From an uncultured Flavobacterium sp. (GTDB lineage: Bacteria > Bacteroidota > Bacteroidia > Flavobacteriales > Flavobacteriaceae): a DNA stretch of 64,000 nucleotides. The notes below the pieces were generated by a model. The model was given only the letters and a program-made list of their open reading frames with translations, had not been told where the DNA came from and ran no database searches. Position numbers and translations under genes: made by a program. The stretch spans positions 26,220 to 90,219 of the forward strand of contig NZ_CAWURC010000027.1 of the NCBI RefSeq assembly GCF_963925185.1, read 5' to 3'. Shown here in pieces: positions 18,279-27,971 of this stretch (the stretch's first letter is position 1; the number at the start of each line of letters is the position of its first letter).

Positions 18279-19883
18279 ATGCCAAACGACTGTATAAGCT
18301 ATCAAAATTCAGGTTATTTCTCTACTTTGATGGATGATTATTTAGATCAAAAATCTAATTTAAAATCACTTTACAATAGGTTTCCAAGTCTTGAAAATTT
18401 TGAAGGACAAATCATTGAAAAAAAAATAAATTTCAATGGCAATGACAATGGCAATGAAAAAAGAAAAATTTTAGTTAAGGTACTAGAAAAACAATATGAT
18501 AAAATAAATACTTATACCACAACCTTAAACAACATTAAACTTTTAAACGATTCAAACACCTTTACAATTACAACCGGTCATCAGCTGAATTTACTTTCGG
18601 GTCCTTTGTATTTTTTGTACAAAATAATTTCGACCATTAATTTAGCCAAGGAATTAAAAGCGAAATATTCTGTTTATAACTTCGTTCCTGTTTATTGGAT
18701 GGCAACCGAAGACCACGATTTTGAAGAAATCAATTATTTCAATTTCAAGGGTCGAAAGTTTCGTTGGAACAAAGAAAGTACGGGGCCAGTTGGAAGATTA
18801 TCAACCGAAGGTTTGTCCGATTTTTTTGAAGTTTACGCCCGTGAACTGAGTACCGGAACGAATGCCGAGGCAATCAAGAAACTTTTTCAGGAATCGTATC
18901 TAAACCATTCCACTTTGGCCGAAGCGACTCTCCATTTGGCTAATGCACTTTTTGGGGAATACGGATTGGTCATTCTCGATGCCGACAATCAAGAATTAAA
19001 ACGGACTTTTATTCCTTATATGAAGGAAGAATTGGTTCAGCAAACTTCCTGTAAAAAAGTCCTTGAAACCACCGAAAAACTAAAAAACTACACCATTCAA
19101 GTCAATCCCCGTGAAATCAATTTATTTTACTTGGATAATAATTTACGGGAACGTATTATTCGTGAAAAAGAAAAATACACGGTAAACAATACAAAAATGG
19201 AGTTCTCGGAGAGTGAAATTTTAGAATTGCTTGAAAATCATCCCGAAAAATTCAGCCCCAACGTGATTATGCGTCCCTTGTATCAAGAAATCATTTTACC
19301 CAATTTGTGCTACATTGGCGGAGGAGGAGAAATTGCCTATTGGTTGGAACTGAAATCTTTTTTCGATGCCGTGAAGGTAACTTTCCCAATACTATTACTT
19401 CGGAATTCGGCGCTTTTAACAACCGAAAAACAAACCAAAAAAGCAGACAAACTGGGATTAAATTGGAGCGATTTATTTTCGAAACAAAGTAAATTGACAA
19501 ACAAAAAAACAGCACAATTATCGAAATTTCCCATCGATTTTTCAACTCAAAAAGAATTTCTAGGAAAGCAATTTGAGGTTCTTTTAGAATTGGCAAAAAA
19601 AACCGACAAATCCTTTGAAGGTGCTGTGAAAGCTCAGGAAGCCAAACAAATAAAAGGCTTAAAAAACCTTGAAAAACGTTTGCTAAAAGCACAAAAGCGA
19701 AAGTATTCCGAGGAGCTGAAACAAATTATTGACTTACAAAACGAATTGTTCCCTAATAAAAGTTTGCAAGAACGACAAGCTAATTTTTCGGAATTTTATT
19801 TAGAAAACGGAGAGGATTTAATCCCTCTTTTAATAAAGCAACTTAAGCCGTTAAATACGAATTTCGATATTATACACATATAA
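18279..19883 (+). CDS. bshC: Bacillithiol biosynthesis cysteine-adding enzyme
   Basis: TGHQLNL..GPLY, WMATEDHDFEEIN, FSPNVIMRPLYQE..LPNLCYIGGGGEIAYW, LQER..NF; likely start ATG 18279. Confidence 0.92.
   Translation: MPNDCISYQNSGYFSTLMDDYLDQKSNLKSLYNRFPSLENFEGQIIEKKINFNGNDNGNEKRKILVKVLEKQYDKINTYTTTLNNIKLLNDSNTFTITTGHQLNLLSGPLYFLYKIISTINLAKELKAKYSVYNFVPVYWMATEDHDFEEINYFNFKGRKFRWNKESTGPVGRLSTEGLSDFFEVYARELSTGTNAEAIKKLFQESYLNHSTLAEATLHLANALFGEYGLVILDADNQELKRTFIPYMKEELVQQTSCKKVLETTEKLKNYTIQVNPREINLFYLDNNLRERIIREKEKYTVNNTKMEFSESEILELLENHPEKFSPNVIMRPLYQEIILPNLCYIGGGGEIAYWLELKSFFDAVKVTFPILLLRNSALLTTEKQTKKADKLGLNWSDLFSKQSKLTNKKTAQLSKFPIDFSTQKEFLGKQFEVLLELAKKTDKSFEGAVKAQEAKQIKGLKNLEKRLLKAQKRKYSEELKQIIDLQNELFPNKSLQERQANFSEFYLENGEDLIPLLIKQLKPLNTNFDIIHI
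18434..18457. repeat. Hexamer tandem repeat (CAATGR x4) inside bshC
   Basis: caatgg caatga caatgg caatga; encodes NGNDNGNE. Confidence 0.7.
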
Positions 19884-19983
19884 ACTTATTTTAAAGTCTA
19901 AAATTTAAAAATAACCGTATTATAAACAAAACAAAAAAAACAATACTATTGTTGATTTATTAAAAAATATCCGTAAAAAAGTC

Positions 19984-19991
19984 TATTTTTG
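19984..19991 (+). promoter_or_regulatory. Sigma-A -7 element (TATTTTTG) for ndk
   Basis: Exact TAnnTTTG followed by CA, 22 nt upstream of ATG. Confidence 0.65.
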
Positions 19992-20013
19992 CACCCAATT
20001 TAAAAAATAAAAA

Positions 20014-20433
20014 ATGGCTACAAATAGAACTTTTACAATGATTAAACCTGATGGTGTCGAAAATGGACATGTCGGAAATATACTGGCAATGATAACAAAT
20101 GCTGGTTTCAAAATCGTTTCATTAAAATTAACCCAATTGACATTAGCAGATGCACGCGCCTTTTACGCCGTTCACTCAGCAAGACCTTTCTACGGGGAAT
20201 TGGTGGAATTTATGACACGTGGCCCTATAGTTGCCGCGATTCTAGAAAAAGAAAACGCTGTAGAAGATTTCAGAACATTGATTGGCACGACAAATCCAGC
20301 TGACGCCGCAGAAGGAACTATACGAAAAGCGTATGCCACCTCAATGGGAGAAAACGCAGTTCATGGTTCTGACAGTGATGAAAATGCAGCTATCGAAGGC
20401 GCATTTCATTTTGCTGGAAGAGAGCAATTTTAA
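20014..20433 (+). CDS. ndk: Nucleoside diphosphate kinase
   Basis: [26 protein letters not shown] (phospho-His). Confidence 0.98.
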   Translation: MATNRTFTMIKPDGVENGHVGNILAMITNAGFKIVSLKLTQLTLADARAFYAVHSARPFYGELVEFMTRGPIVAAILEKENAVEDFRTLIGTTNPADAAEGTIRKAYATSMGENAVHGSDSDENAAIEGAFHFAGREQF

Positions 20434-20459
20434 TTTATGATTTTAGATTTTAGATTTGA
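20434..20459 (+). repeat. Heptamer tandem repeat (TTTTAGA-like x3.5), intergenic
   Basis: tttatga ttttaga ttttaga tttga. Confidence 0.6.
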
Positions 20460-20475
20460 AAATCGCACAAAATAG

Positions 20476-20514
20476 AAAATCCCGTTCCGATAAAAATCAG
20501 GACGGGATTTTTTT
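20476..20514. terminator. Bidirectional intrinsic terminator
   Basis: aaaatcccgt / acgggatttttt between convergent genes. Confidence 0.8.
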
Positions 20515-20541
20515 ATTTATAATCCCATAAGTCTACGATTT

Positions 20542-20838
20542 TTATCTCAAAACAACATCCTTTACAACATCACGTCTTAATTCCTCATTTATCATCGTGA
20601 CAATTTTAGTTTTGCCGTGGTTTAATTCCTCCCGCAAAACTGCCGAAGAAAGTTCGACATATAAAGTACTGCCTTTCAACACAACGTTTTTAGTATAATG
20701 ATTCACTCCGTTTCCCATTAGATTTTTCCATGCTTCTTTAACATCTATTTGATCCATCCCAGGTTGCAGTCTGTTTACTTGGATGATTTGTTTCAAAACA
20801 TCCCCAACAGTGCTTTGATTATTGAGTCTTTTTGCCAT
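20542..20838 (-). CDS. DUF721 (DciA-like) protein
   Basis: 98 aa; W..LMG, LYVELSSAVLREEL. Confidence 0.85.
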   Translation of the reverse strand: MAKRLNNQSTVGDVLKQIIQVNRLQPGMDQIDVKEAWKNLMGNGVNHYTKNVVLKGSTLYVELSSAVLREELNHGKTKIVTMINEELRRDVVKDVVLR

Positions 20839-21262
20839 CGTTTAGAATATTTATTGATGCTACTTTCTTATAATGATATTCCTTTTTATCGGCATTTTTA
20901 AAGACTAATTGATCCTTATAAATTGCAATTAATTCCTCACTCCATTTTGCATAAGGAGTTATATAATAAAAAAACACTTTGTCATTTTCGAAACGTATAT
21001 TTACATTTTCATAGGTGTCATTTACGACAAAAGTGCCGTCCAGTTGTGGCATTACTTTCTTCCTGAAACCCGTGTTATTTTTGTCAACTTGGAAATAATC
21101 ATAACTCTGATTTATGGTGTAGTCTTTGTCATTTCCTTGGTCAAAAACCACTTTTTCAATTTCCCAATAGCCATTGATTTTTGATAAATCCGAAGGTTTT
21201 ATCTTTTGCTGGCAAGAGATAAAAAGAAAAAAAAGAAAAAAAAGCCCAATTATATTTTTCAT
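20819..21262 (-). CDS. Lipoprotein, lipocalin-like beta-barrel
   Basis: Lipobox FISC; INGYWEIEKV lipocalin-type GxW motif. Confidence 0.6.
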   Translation of the reverse strand: MKNIIGLFFLFFLFISCQQKIKPSDLSKINGYWEIEKVVFDQGNDKDYTINQSYDYFQVDKNNTGFRKKVMPQLDGTFVVNDTYENVNIRFENDKVFFYYITPYAKWSEELIAIYKDQLVFKNADKKEYHYKKVASINILNDGKKTQ

Positions 21263-21266
21263 TCTA

Positions 21267-21443
21267 CTATCTATTTTTTATTCTAATAATAAAACCCCAA
21301 ATAAAGAAAGAAACACCAATTGTCAGCAAAAAAATATATAGAGAATTATTGTTATCTCGAAAAATATTCGCTAAAACAAACGAAATAATACTCACTAAAT
21401 AGAGGTAAATTGGATTAATTTTTTTAAAATAAAAAAAATTCAT
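21267..21443 (-). CDS. Small two-helix membrane protein (58 aa), absent from ORF track
   Basis: MNFFYFKKINPIYLYLVSIISFVLANIFRDNNNSLYIFLLTIGVSFFIWGFIIRIKNR*; fills the ftsY-lipoprotein gap with 6- and 4-nt spacers. Confidence 0.65.
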   Translation of the reverse strand: MNFFYFKKINPIYLYLVSIISFVLANIFRDNNNSLYIFLLTIGVSFFIWGFIIRIKNR

Positions 21444-21449
21444 TGGCTA

Positions 21450-22403
21450 TTATTTAAAAAAACTATCTACAAATTCATATTTATTAAAAACCTGTAAATC
21501 TTCTATTCCTTCTCCTACTCCAATGTATTTCACAGGGATTTTAAATTGGTCCGAAATCCCGATAACAACTCCACCTTTGGCAGTTCCGTCAAGTTTTGTA
21601 ACCGCAAGCGAAGTTACTTCGGTGGCAACGGTAAATTGTTTGGCCTGCTCGAAAGCATTTTGCCCGGTTGATCCGTCAAGAACTAATAACACATCATGAG
21701 GCGCATCGATAACTACTTTTTGCATCACGCGTTTTACTTTTGTCAATTCGTTCATCAAGTTGATTTTATTGTGCAAACGACCGGCAGTATCAATGATGAC
21801 GATATCGGCATTTTGTGCAACAGCAGATTGCAAGGTATCAAAAGCCACGGAGGCCGGATCACTTCCCATATTTTGTCTTACCAATGGAACGCCTACTCTA
21901 TCGGCCCAAACTTGCAATTGGTCAATCGCCGCAGCTCGAAAAGTATCGGCTGCACCAAGTACCACTTTGTATCCTTGATTTTTAAATTGGTGTGCCAGTT
22001 TGCCAATGGTGGTGGTTTTTCCAACACCGTTTACACCAACAACCATCAAAACATAGGGTTTCGTGCTAATAGGAATTATAAATTCGGTGGCCTCGCCAGA
22101 ATTAGTTTCCGAAAGCAAACCGGCAATTTCCTCCCGAAGAATTTGATTGAGTTCTTCCGTTCCAAGGAATTTATCTTCGGAAACTCGTTTTTCAATTCGA
22201 GTAATTATTTTAAGTGTGGTGTTTACGCCAACATCCGAGGAAACAAGAATTTCTTCCAAGTTGTCCAATACTTCATCGTCAACCTTTGATTTTCCAGCAA
22301 CGGCCTTGGTCAGCTTTGAAAAGAAAGTTGTTTTTGATTTCTCTAAACCTTTGTCTAAAGTCTCCTTTTTTTCTAAAGAAAATATTTTTTTTAAAAAACT
22401 CAT
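21450..22403 (-). CDS. ftsY: Signal recognition particle receptor FtsY
   Basis: GVNGVGKTT, DTFRAAA, DTAGR, TKLDGTAKGG. Confidence 0.98.
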   Translation of the reverse strand: MSFLKKIFSLEKKETLDKGLEKSKTTFFSKLTKAVAGKSKVDDEVLDNLEEILVSSDVGVNTTLKIITRIEKRVSEDKFLGTEELNQILREEIAGLLSETNSGEATEFIIPISTKPYVLMVVGVNGVGKTTTIGKLAHQFKNQGYKVVLGAADTFRAAAIDQLQVWADRVGVPLVRQNMGSDPASVAFDTLQSAVAQNADIVIIDTAGRLHNKINLMNELTKVKRVMQKVVIDAPHDVLLVLDGSTGQNAFEQAKQFTVATEVTSLAVTKLDGTAKGGVVIGISDQFKIPVKYIGVGEGIEDLQVFNKYEFVDSFFK

Positions 22404-22479
22404 TTTATAAATAGTATTAAGAAAAAAAAATTAGCTCAAAAAACTAATGTGTTTTTCTAACGGTAAATATAGAAAATAA

Positions 22480-22509
22480 AAAAGCTACTTCCGAATGAAA
22501 GTAGCTTTT
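22480..22509 (-). terminator. Intrinsic terminator after the ribosomal protein genes
   Basis: aaaagctactt / aagtagctttt hairpin with A-tract on + strand. Confidence 0.7.
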
Positions 22510-22529
22510 CTATAAAATGCCATTGTGAA

Positions 22530-22682
22530 TTATTTCTTTTTCAAAAATTCATCAACTGCTTCAGGAGCCATGATAGATTCTACGAATGTATATGCGCCCG
22601 TTTTTGGAGATTTCACCATTTTAATGGCTTTTGATAATCTCTTAGAAGCTGTTTGTAAGGATGCTACGGTTTTCTTTGCCAT
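22530..22682 (-). CDS. DUF4295 protein (Bacteroidota ribosomal protein bL38), 50 aa, absent from ORF track
   Basis: MAKKTVASLQTASKRLSKAIKMVKSPKTGAYTFVESIMAPEAVDEFLKKK*; directly downstream of rpmB-rpmG. Confidence 0.9.
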   Translation of the reverse strand: MAKKTVASLQTASKRLSKAIKMVKSPKTGAYTFVESIMAPEAVDEFLKKK

Positions 22683-22691
22683 GACTAATAA

Positions 22692-22880
22692 TTATTTAAT
22701 TTCTTTATGAACAGTTACACGTTTCAAGATTGGATTAAATTTTTTAATCTCTAACCTGTCTGGAGTGTTTTTTTTGTTCTTTGTTGTTATGTATCTTGAA
22801 GTTCCTGCAACACCTGTTGTTTTGTGTTCAGTACATTCTAAAATTACTTGTATTCTATTACCTTTTGCTTTCTTTGCCAT
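22692..22880 (-). CDS. rpmG: 50S ribosomal protein L33
   Basis: [34 protein letters not shown]. Confidence 0.97.
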   Translation of the reverse strand: MAKKAKGNRIQVILECTEHKTTGVAGTSRYITTKNKKNTPDRLEIKKFNPILKRVTVHKEIK

Positions 22881-22903
22881 CTTGATGTATATTTAGGAAG
22901 GGA

Positions 22904-23140
22904 TTATTTAATAAATCCGCCTGCTTGTGCTTTTTTCAAAACTGCAGCGATTCCATTTTTGTTAATTGTTTTTACCGTAGATGCAGCTACTCTTAGAGTA
23001 ATCCATCTGTCTTCTTCTGGAAGATAAAAACGCTTTTTAACTAAGTTTACAGAAAATTTTCTCTTAGTTTTATTCATAGCGTGAGAAACGTTATTTCCTA
23101 CCATCGCTCTTTTACCTGTAAGTTCACAAACTCTTGACAT
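22904..23140 (-). CDS. rpmB: 50S ribosomal protein L28
   Basis: MSRVCELTGK, GNNVSHAMNKTKRKF..NL. Confidence 0.98.
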   Translation of the reverse strand: MSRVCELTGKRAMVGNNVSHAMNKTKRKFSVNLVKKRFYLPEEDRWITLRVAASTVKTINKNGIAAVLKKAQAGGFIK

Positions 23141-23211
23141 TATTCTTATCTTTTATCGTTATTCAAAATCAGGGTGCAAAGAAAAGAAAAATAAACGGAT
23201 GAAGCAAAAAA

Positions 23212-24465
23212 TTAAAGCACATTTTTTAAAATTTCTTTCCGCAACATTTCCATACTCTTAATCACGGTTCTATCTATCACTTTTTCACGTGGTTGGCCAA
23301 AATTGAACTCCTCGACAATCACATTATTTGGCGTTGCCAATGCTATAAAAACGGCTCCGAGCTCCATATTTAAATCTCCTTTCGTTGGGCCGGCATTTCC
23401 CGTGGTGGCAATTGCATAATCCGTTTTCATTAGGTTTTTGACATTGATTGCCATTTGTTTTGCAACTTCGGCACTCACGATAGAATGTTCTTTTATCAAA
23501 TTTTCAGAAACCCCTAAAACATTTATTTTAGTTTCAGTTGCATAGGAAACCACACTTCCTTTAAAATATTTTGAAGCGCCTGAAATCGAAGTAAAAACCT
23601 GAGCAATTTTTCCACCAGTGCAACTTTCAGCAGTCGAAATGGTTTTATTTTGTTGTTTTAAAAGGCGTCCCACAACAGTTTCAAGAGATTCGTCATCATC
23701 AAAACCCACAATAATGTCACCAATAATTTTTGTTAAGGAAACTATATTTTCTTCGATAGATTTTTCCAATAATTCCTTGTTGGTTCCTCTCGCCGAAAGG
23801 CGCAAACGAACTCGACCAGGATTTGGCAGATAAGCTAATTTGATGAATTCTGGTAAATTATTTTCCCACTTTTCAATGCGTTCTGCCACCAAGCTTTCGC
23901 CTTGACCATATGTCAAAATCGTTTTATGGATAATGTAGGGGCGTTGGTATTCTTGAACCACTTTAGGAATAATTTCGTTTTCAACTAAACATTTCATCTC
24001 GAAAGGAACTCCCGGAAGCGAAATAAATACGGTATTTTCTTTTTTCATCCACATTCCAGGCGCCGTCCCTACTTGATTGTGAAGAATGGTACATTTGGAA
24101 GGAACGAGCGATTGATCTTTGTTAATTTGAGTTATTGGACGTTTATAAAAACCCTCTATAAGTTGAGTTACGTGATGTAGAACTTTGACATCTACAACTA
24201 ATTCGTCTTCAAAATAATCACAAAAAGTTTTCTTGGTAATGTCGTCTTTTGTCGGACCAAGTCCGCCTGTAATAATCACCAAATCAACCTTGTTTTGAAG
24301 CTTGGAAAATGTGTCTAGAATGTGTAGCTTGTTATCACTTATCGAAATAATTTCGTGAACTTCAACTCCAATTTTATCTAGCGATTTGGCGATAAAAGCG
24401 GAGTTTGTATCGACAATTTGTCCGATTAAAATTTCATCTCCAATGGTTATTATGGTTGCTTTCAT
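23212..24465 (-). CDS. cinA: CinA family competence/damage-inducible protein (NMN deamidase)
   Basis: [40 protein letters not shown]. Confidence 0.93.
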   Translation of the reverse strand: MKATIITIGDEILIGQIVDTNSAFIAKSLDKIGVEVHEIISISDNKLHILDTFSKLQNKVDLVIITGGLGPTKDDITKKTFCDYFEDELVVDVKVLHHVTQLIEGFYKRPITQINKDQSLVPSKCTILHNQVGTAPGMWMKKENTVFISLPGVPFEMKCLVENEIIPKVVQEYQRPYIIHKTILTYGQGESLVAERIEKWENNLPEFIKLAYLPNPGRVRLRLSARGTNKELLEKSIEENIVSLTKIIGDIIVGFDDDESLETVVGRLLKQQNKTISTAESCTGGKIAQVFTSISGASKYFKGSVVSYATETKINVLGVSENLIKEHSIVSAEVAKQMAINVKNLMKTDYAIATTGNAGPTKGDLNMELGAVFIALATPNNVIVEEFNFGQPREKVIDRTVIKSMEMLRKEILKNVL

Positions 24466-24539
24466 TCTGATTTAAGATTTATTTAAACTTAAAAAAAGTA
24501 GTGACAACTTGGCTGTTGTCTCAAATTAAAAATGTGTTT

Positions 24540-24683
24540 TAGCCCTGATGGAAGCGGGAAGCTTTTTGCAGAAAATTGCTATTTTTTAAATAAAAAAGAG
24601 CGCCCAGCGGAAGCTCCTTTTTTATTTTTAGAAAAAAAAAGTGATTTTCAAAAAAACTTAAAACGTACAGCAGGATTAGCTTC
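24540..24683. repeat. Intergenic MITE/REP-like element (AGCCCTGATGGAAGCGG ... ACAGCAGGATTAGC)
   Basis: GC-rich termini in AT-rich intergenic DNA; 5' end resembles element at 42656 (agccccgattgcagtgg). Confidence 0.55.
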
Positions 24684-25028
24684 TTATAAATCGAAATCTT
24701 TTTTCAATTCCTTAACGGCATCATTTACTTGATTCTTAATACTCTTAAAAGTTTCTTTGATTTCTTTCTTTTCGCCTTGGTTTTTTGTCCAAGCTTCTAC
24801 TTGAAGAATTTCTTCGAAAGCCACGTTTAAACCAAGCAAATCGAGCGTTGGCTTTACTTTATGCGCAAAAGCATAAGCATGTTTATGATCTTTATTTTTG
24901 ATTCCTTCCTTAATTTGAGACAAATCATCTGGAATTTCGGTGACAAATAACGTTACGATTTGCATAACAAATTCTGGATCGTTGTCTGAAAGTGCGTACG
25001 CTTTTGCTAGGTTGTAATGTAGTGCCAT
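24684..25028 (-). CDS. Stand-alone Hpt (histidine phosphotransfer) domain protein
   Basis: 114 aa helical; AHKVKPTLDLLG phospho-His motif. Confidence 0.85.
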   Translation of the reverse strand: MALHYNLAKAYALSDNDPEFVMQIVTLFVTEIPDDLSQIKEGIKNKDHKHAYAFAHKVKPTLDLLGLNVAFEEILQVEAWTKNQGEKKEIKETFKSIKNQVNDAVKELKKDFDL

Positions 25029-25639
25029 TATTTTATCTGTATTCTAAATAGTTTATTTCCCTCTAAAAATCCTTCTAAAACATCATCCGGTTTCACAACT
25101 GCTACTCCTTCTGGAGTTCCGGTAAAAATTATATCCCCAATTTTTAATGTGAAATATCGAGAAATAAATGAAATTAGTTCATCTATTTTCCACAACATAT
25201 GACTGGCATTACTTTTTTGGACCGTTTTATTATTGTTGGTCAATTCAAAAGTAATATTTTCTAATGAATTAAATTGTTTTTTTGGCAAAAACTCACCTAT
25301 GACTGCTGATCCGTCAAAAGCCTTCGCTTTTTCCCATGGCAATCCCTTCGATTTTAATTGATCTTGTACGTCACGAGCTGTAAAGTCTATTCCCACGCTG
25401 ATTTCATCATAATACTTATGGGCAAACTTGGCTTCTATATGTTTTCCAACCTTGTTTATTCGTACTATAATTTCGATTTCGTGATGAATATCTTGCGAAA
25501 ATTCAGGAATCACAAAAGGATGTTGCTTCAATAAAACTGCCGAATCGGGTTTCATAAAAATAACAGGCTCCGTTGGTCGTTCGTTATTCAACTCCTCTAT
25601 ATGATTGACATAATTCCTACCGATACAGATGATTTTCAT
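25028..25639 (-). CDS. Fumarylacetoacetate hydrolase family protein
   Basis: KIICIGRNY, PVIFMKP, HHEIE, PWEKAKAFDGS, GDIIFTGTPEGV. Confidence 0.93.
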   Translation of the reverse strand: MKIICIGRNYVNHIEELNNERPTEPVIFMKPDSAVLLKQHPFVIPEFSQDIHHEIEIIVRINKVGKHIEAKFAHKYYDEISVGIDFTARDVQDQLKSKGLPWEKAKAFDGSAVIGEFLPKKQFNSLENITFELTNNNKTVQKSNASHMLWKIDELISFISRYFTLKIGDIIFTGTPEGVAVVKPDDVLEGFLEGNKLFRIQIK

Positions 25640-25656
25640 TTTCTTAGATTCAAAAG

Positions 25657-26433
25657 TTAGTTCAATTTATTATTTAATTTTCTAAGTTTAATTGCGGTCA
25701 AAACTTTCTTGGTATAAAGCGGGAAATCTGCATTTTGAATCCAACTGAAATAACCTGGTTCCGTTTCCAAAACTTTATCTACTTTCACTCCTTTATGCTT
25801 CCCGAAGGCAAAAATCTCATCATCATCATCATCAAAAGCAATCATTCCTGCAAAATCGGCGATTTTTTTCCGGGTTGTAAATTCTGAAAGTGATTTTATA
25901 TCGTTTACCAATTCAGGGTAACGATCTAATTGTGCTTTCATAATCTCGTAAGTCGCCATCGTATCCGCTTCCGCAGAATGGGCGTTTTCGATTTTTTTGT
26001 TGCAATAAAATTTTAAAGCAGCGCTCAATGTCCTTTCTTCCATTTTATGAAAAATGGTTTGCACATCGACTGAAACTCGGTTTTTCATGTCAAAATCTAC
26101 TCCAGCACGAAGCAATTCTTCGGCCAATAACGGAATGTCAAAACGATCTGAATTATATCCTGCCAAATCTGAATCTTTAATCATATTATAAACCTGCGAA
26201 GCCAGCTCGTTGAAAGTGGGTTCGCTAGCTACTTTTTCATCACTGATTCCGTGAATAGCGGTTGATTGTGGCGGAATTGGGATTGTCGGATTGACTAACC
26301 ACGTTTTACTTTCTTTGTTTCCGTTTGGAAAAACTTTAAATATTGATATTTCAACTATTCTATCTTTGGCAACATCAATTCCAGTGGTTTCGAGGTCGAA
26401 AAAACAAATTGGTTTATTAAGCTTGAGCTCCAT
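25657..26433 (-). CDS. DEDDh 3'-5' exonuclease (DnaQ/PolC-like)
   Basis: FFDLETTG, GYNSDRFD, AHSAEADT. Confidence 0.92.
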   Translation of the reverse strand: MELKLNKPICFFDLETTGIDVAKDRIVEISIFKVFPNGNKESKTWLVNPTIPIPPQSTAIHGISDEKVASEPTFNELASQVYNMIKDSDLAGYNSDRFDIPLLAEELLRAGVDFDMKNRVSVDVQTIFHKMEERTLSAALKFYCNKKIENAHSAEADTMATYEIMKAQLDRYPELVNDIKSLSEFTTRKKIADFAGMIAFDDDDDEIFAFGKHKGVKVDKVLETEPGYFSWIQNADFPLYTKKVLTAIKLRKLNNKLN

Positions 26434-26571
26434 CTATAAATTTTAGAATGACAAATATATCTTTTTGAACTTACCGTTCATCGATTATTTAAAAAAGTTT
26501 TGGACAAAAAAATTAAAATCCGAAAGTATATAAAAACATTGGGGTTTTATAATTTTAGAGTATATCAATAA

Positions 26572-27870
26572 CTAGAAATTTCTATCTACATCAAATACTT
26601 CGAGATATTCAGCAACACGTTTCACGAAGCTTCCACCCAATGCACCATCAACAACACGGTGATCATAACTATGCGAAAGGAACATTTTTTGACGAATTCC
26701 TATAAAATCACCTTCAGGAGTTTCGATAACAGCGGGTACTTTACGTATTGCCCCTAGGGCTAGAATCCCCACTTGTGGCTGGTTAATAATTGGAGTCCCG
26801 AAAACACTTCCAAAAGTCCCAACATTGGTAACAGTATACGTTCCACCTTGTGTATCGTCTGGTTTTAATTTTCCTTGTTTAGCACGGTTTCCAAGATCGT
26901 TAACCGCTTTTGCCATTCCAACAAGATTCAACTGGTCGGCATTTTTAATAACCGGAACAATTAGGTTTCCACTAGGTAGTGAAGCTGCCATTCCAAGGTT
27001 TATATTTTTCTTTTTGATAATAAAATCCCCATCGACAGCTATATTCATCATAGGAAAATCCTTCAAGGCTTTGGCAACAGCCTCCATAAAAATTGGAGTG
27101 TACGTTAGCTTCTCACCTTCTCTTTTTTCGAAAGCTGATTTAACTTTATCTCTCCATTTTACAATATTCGTCACATCGACTTCGATAAACGATTGTACAT
27201 GAGCCGAAGTTTGCACCGAAGACACCATATAACCCGCAATCAGCTTGCGCATTCTGTCCATTTCGATGATTTCGTCACCTCCGTTTACAGAAACTGGAGT
27301 TGCTTGTTGTATGATAGGAGCTAGTGTAGAAACAGCTGGCTCTTGACTCTTGGCTTTTGGTTCCGTTTTTCTGTCAGCGACAAATTTCAAAATATCCTCT
27401 TTCGTAACTCTTCCGTCTTTTCCGGAGCCAGAAATGTTTTCTAATTCCGCGACTAAAATCCCCTCTTCTTTGGCAATGTTTTTTACCAATGGAGAAAAGA
27501 ATTTTTCGGAATCCAAGAAATTAGTTGGAGTAGAAATGGTTTCTTTGGTGACTTCAATCTTTTTTTCAATTGCTGTCACTTCAGCCGGAATAACAACTTC
27601 TTGATTCGCATTTTCTGAAACTGAATCGCCCTCCGTTTCAATAATGGCAATGGTTTGACCTACTTTAACTAAATCGTCTTTACCAAACAATTGCTCCACT
27701 AAAATTCCCGAAACTTCGCTTGGCACTTCGCTATCGACTTTGTCGGTGGCGATTTCAAGCACCGCTTCATCGGCTTCAATTTTATCACCAACTTGTTTCA
27801 ACCAATTTGTGATGGTCGCTTCCGCAACGCTTTCCCCCATTTTTGGAAGTTTTAATTCAAATCTTGCCAT
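26572..27870 (-). CDS. 2-oxo acid dehydrogenase E2 (dihydrolipoamide acyltransferase; probably branched-chain complex)
   Basis: Lipoyl domain EIATDKVDSEVPS, E3-binding SPLV...GSGKDGRVTKED, catalytic YDHRVVDG. Confidence 0.9.
   Translation of the reverse strand: MARFELKLPKMGESVAEATITNWLKQVGDKIEADEAVLEIATDKVDSEVPSEVSGILVEQLFGKDDLVKVGQTIAIIETEGDSVSENANQEVVIPAEVTAIEKKIEVTKETISTPTNFLDSEKFFSPLVKNIAKEEGILVAELENISGSGKDGRVTKEDILKFVADRKTEPKAKSQEPAVSTLAPIIQQATPVSVNGGDEIIEMDRMRKLIAGYMVSSVQTSAHVQSFIEVDVTNIVKWRDKVKSAFEKREGEKLTYTPIFMEAVAKALKDFPMMNIAVDGDFIIKKKNINLGMAASLPSGNLIVPVIKNADQLNLVGMAKAVNDLGNRAKQGKLKPDDTQGGTYTVTNVGTFGSVFGTPIINQPQVGILALGAIRKVPAVIETPEGDFIGIRQKMFLSHSYDHRVVDGALGGSFVKRVAEYLEVFDVDRNF
27337..27360. 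repeat. Heptamer tandem repeat (TGGCTCT-like x3.4) in the E2 linker
   Basis: tggctct tgactct tggcttt tgg; encodes PKAKSQEP. Confidence 0.6.
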
Positions 27871-27971
27871 ATTGTTACCTATGAAGGTGGTTTTAAGTTT
27901 CTGCTTGCAAAATTAGTGATTATTTTTAGTTTTAACCACGAATTACACAAATATACATCTATTCAAATATC

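Noticed and set aside
14588-19883. Radical SAM as a bacillithiol-modifying enzyme because bshC is nearby
   Set aside because: Separated by an MFS gene and divergently transcribed; known N-methyl-bacillithiol synthesis uses a conventional SAM methyltransferase
21696-22289. 197-aa plus-strand ORF, and the many other 60-135 aa ORFs overlapping larger genes
   Set aside because: Antisense or alternate-frame shadows of well-supported genes (here ftsY); no motifs, no independent start context
24532-24732. 66-aa plus-strand ORF
   Set aside because: Translation of the intergenic repeat element plus the antisense end of the Hpt gene
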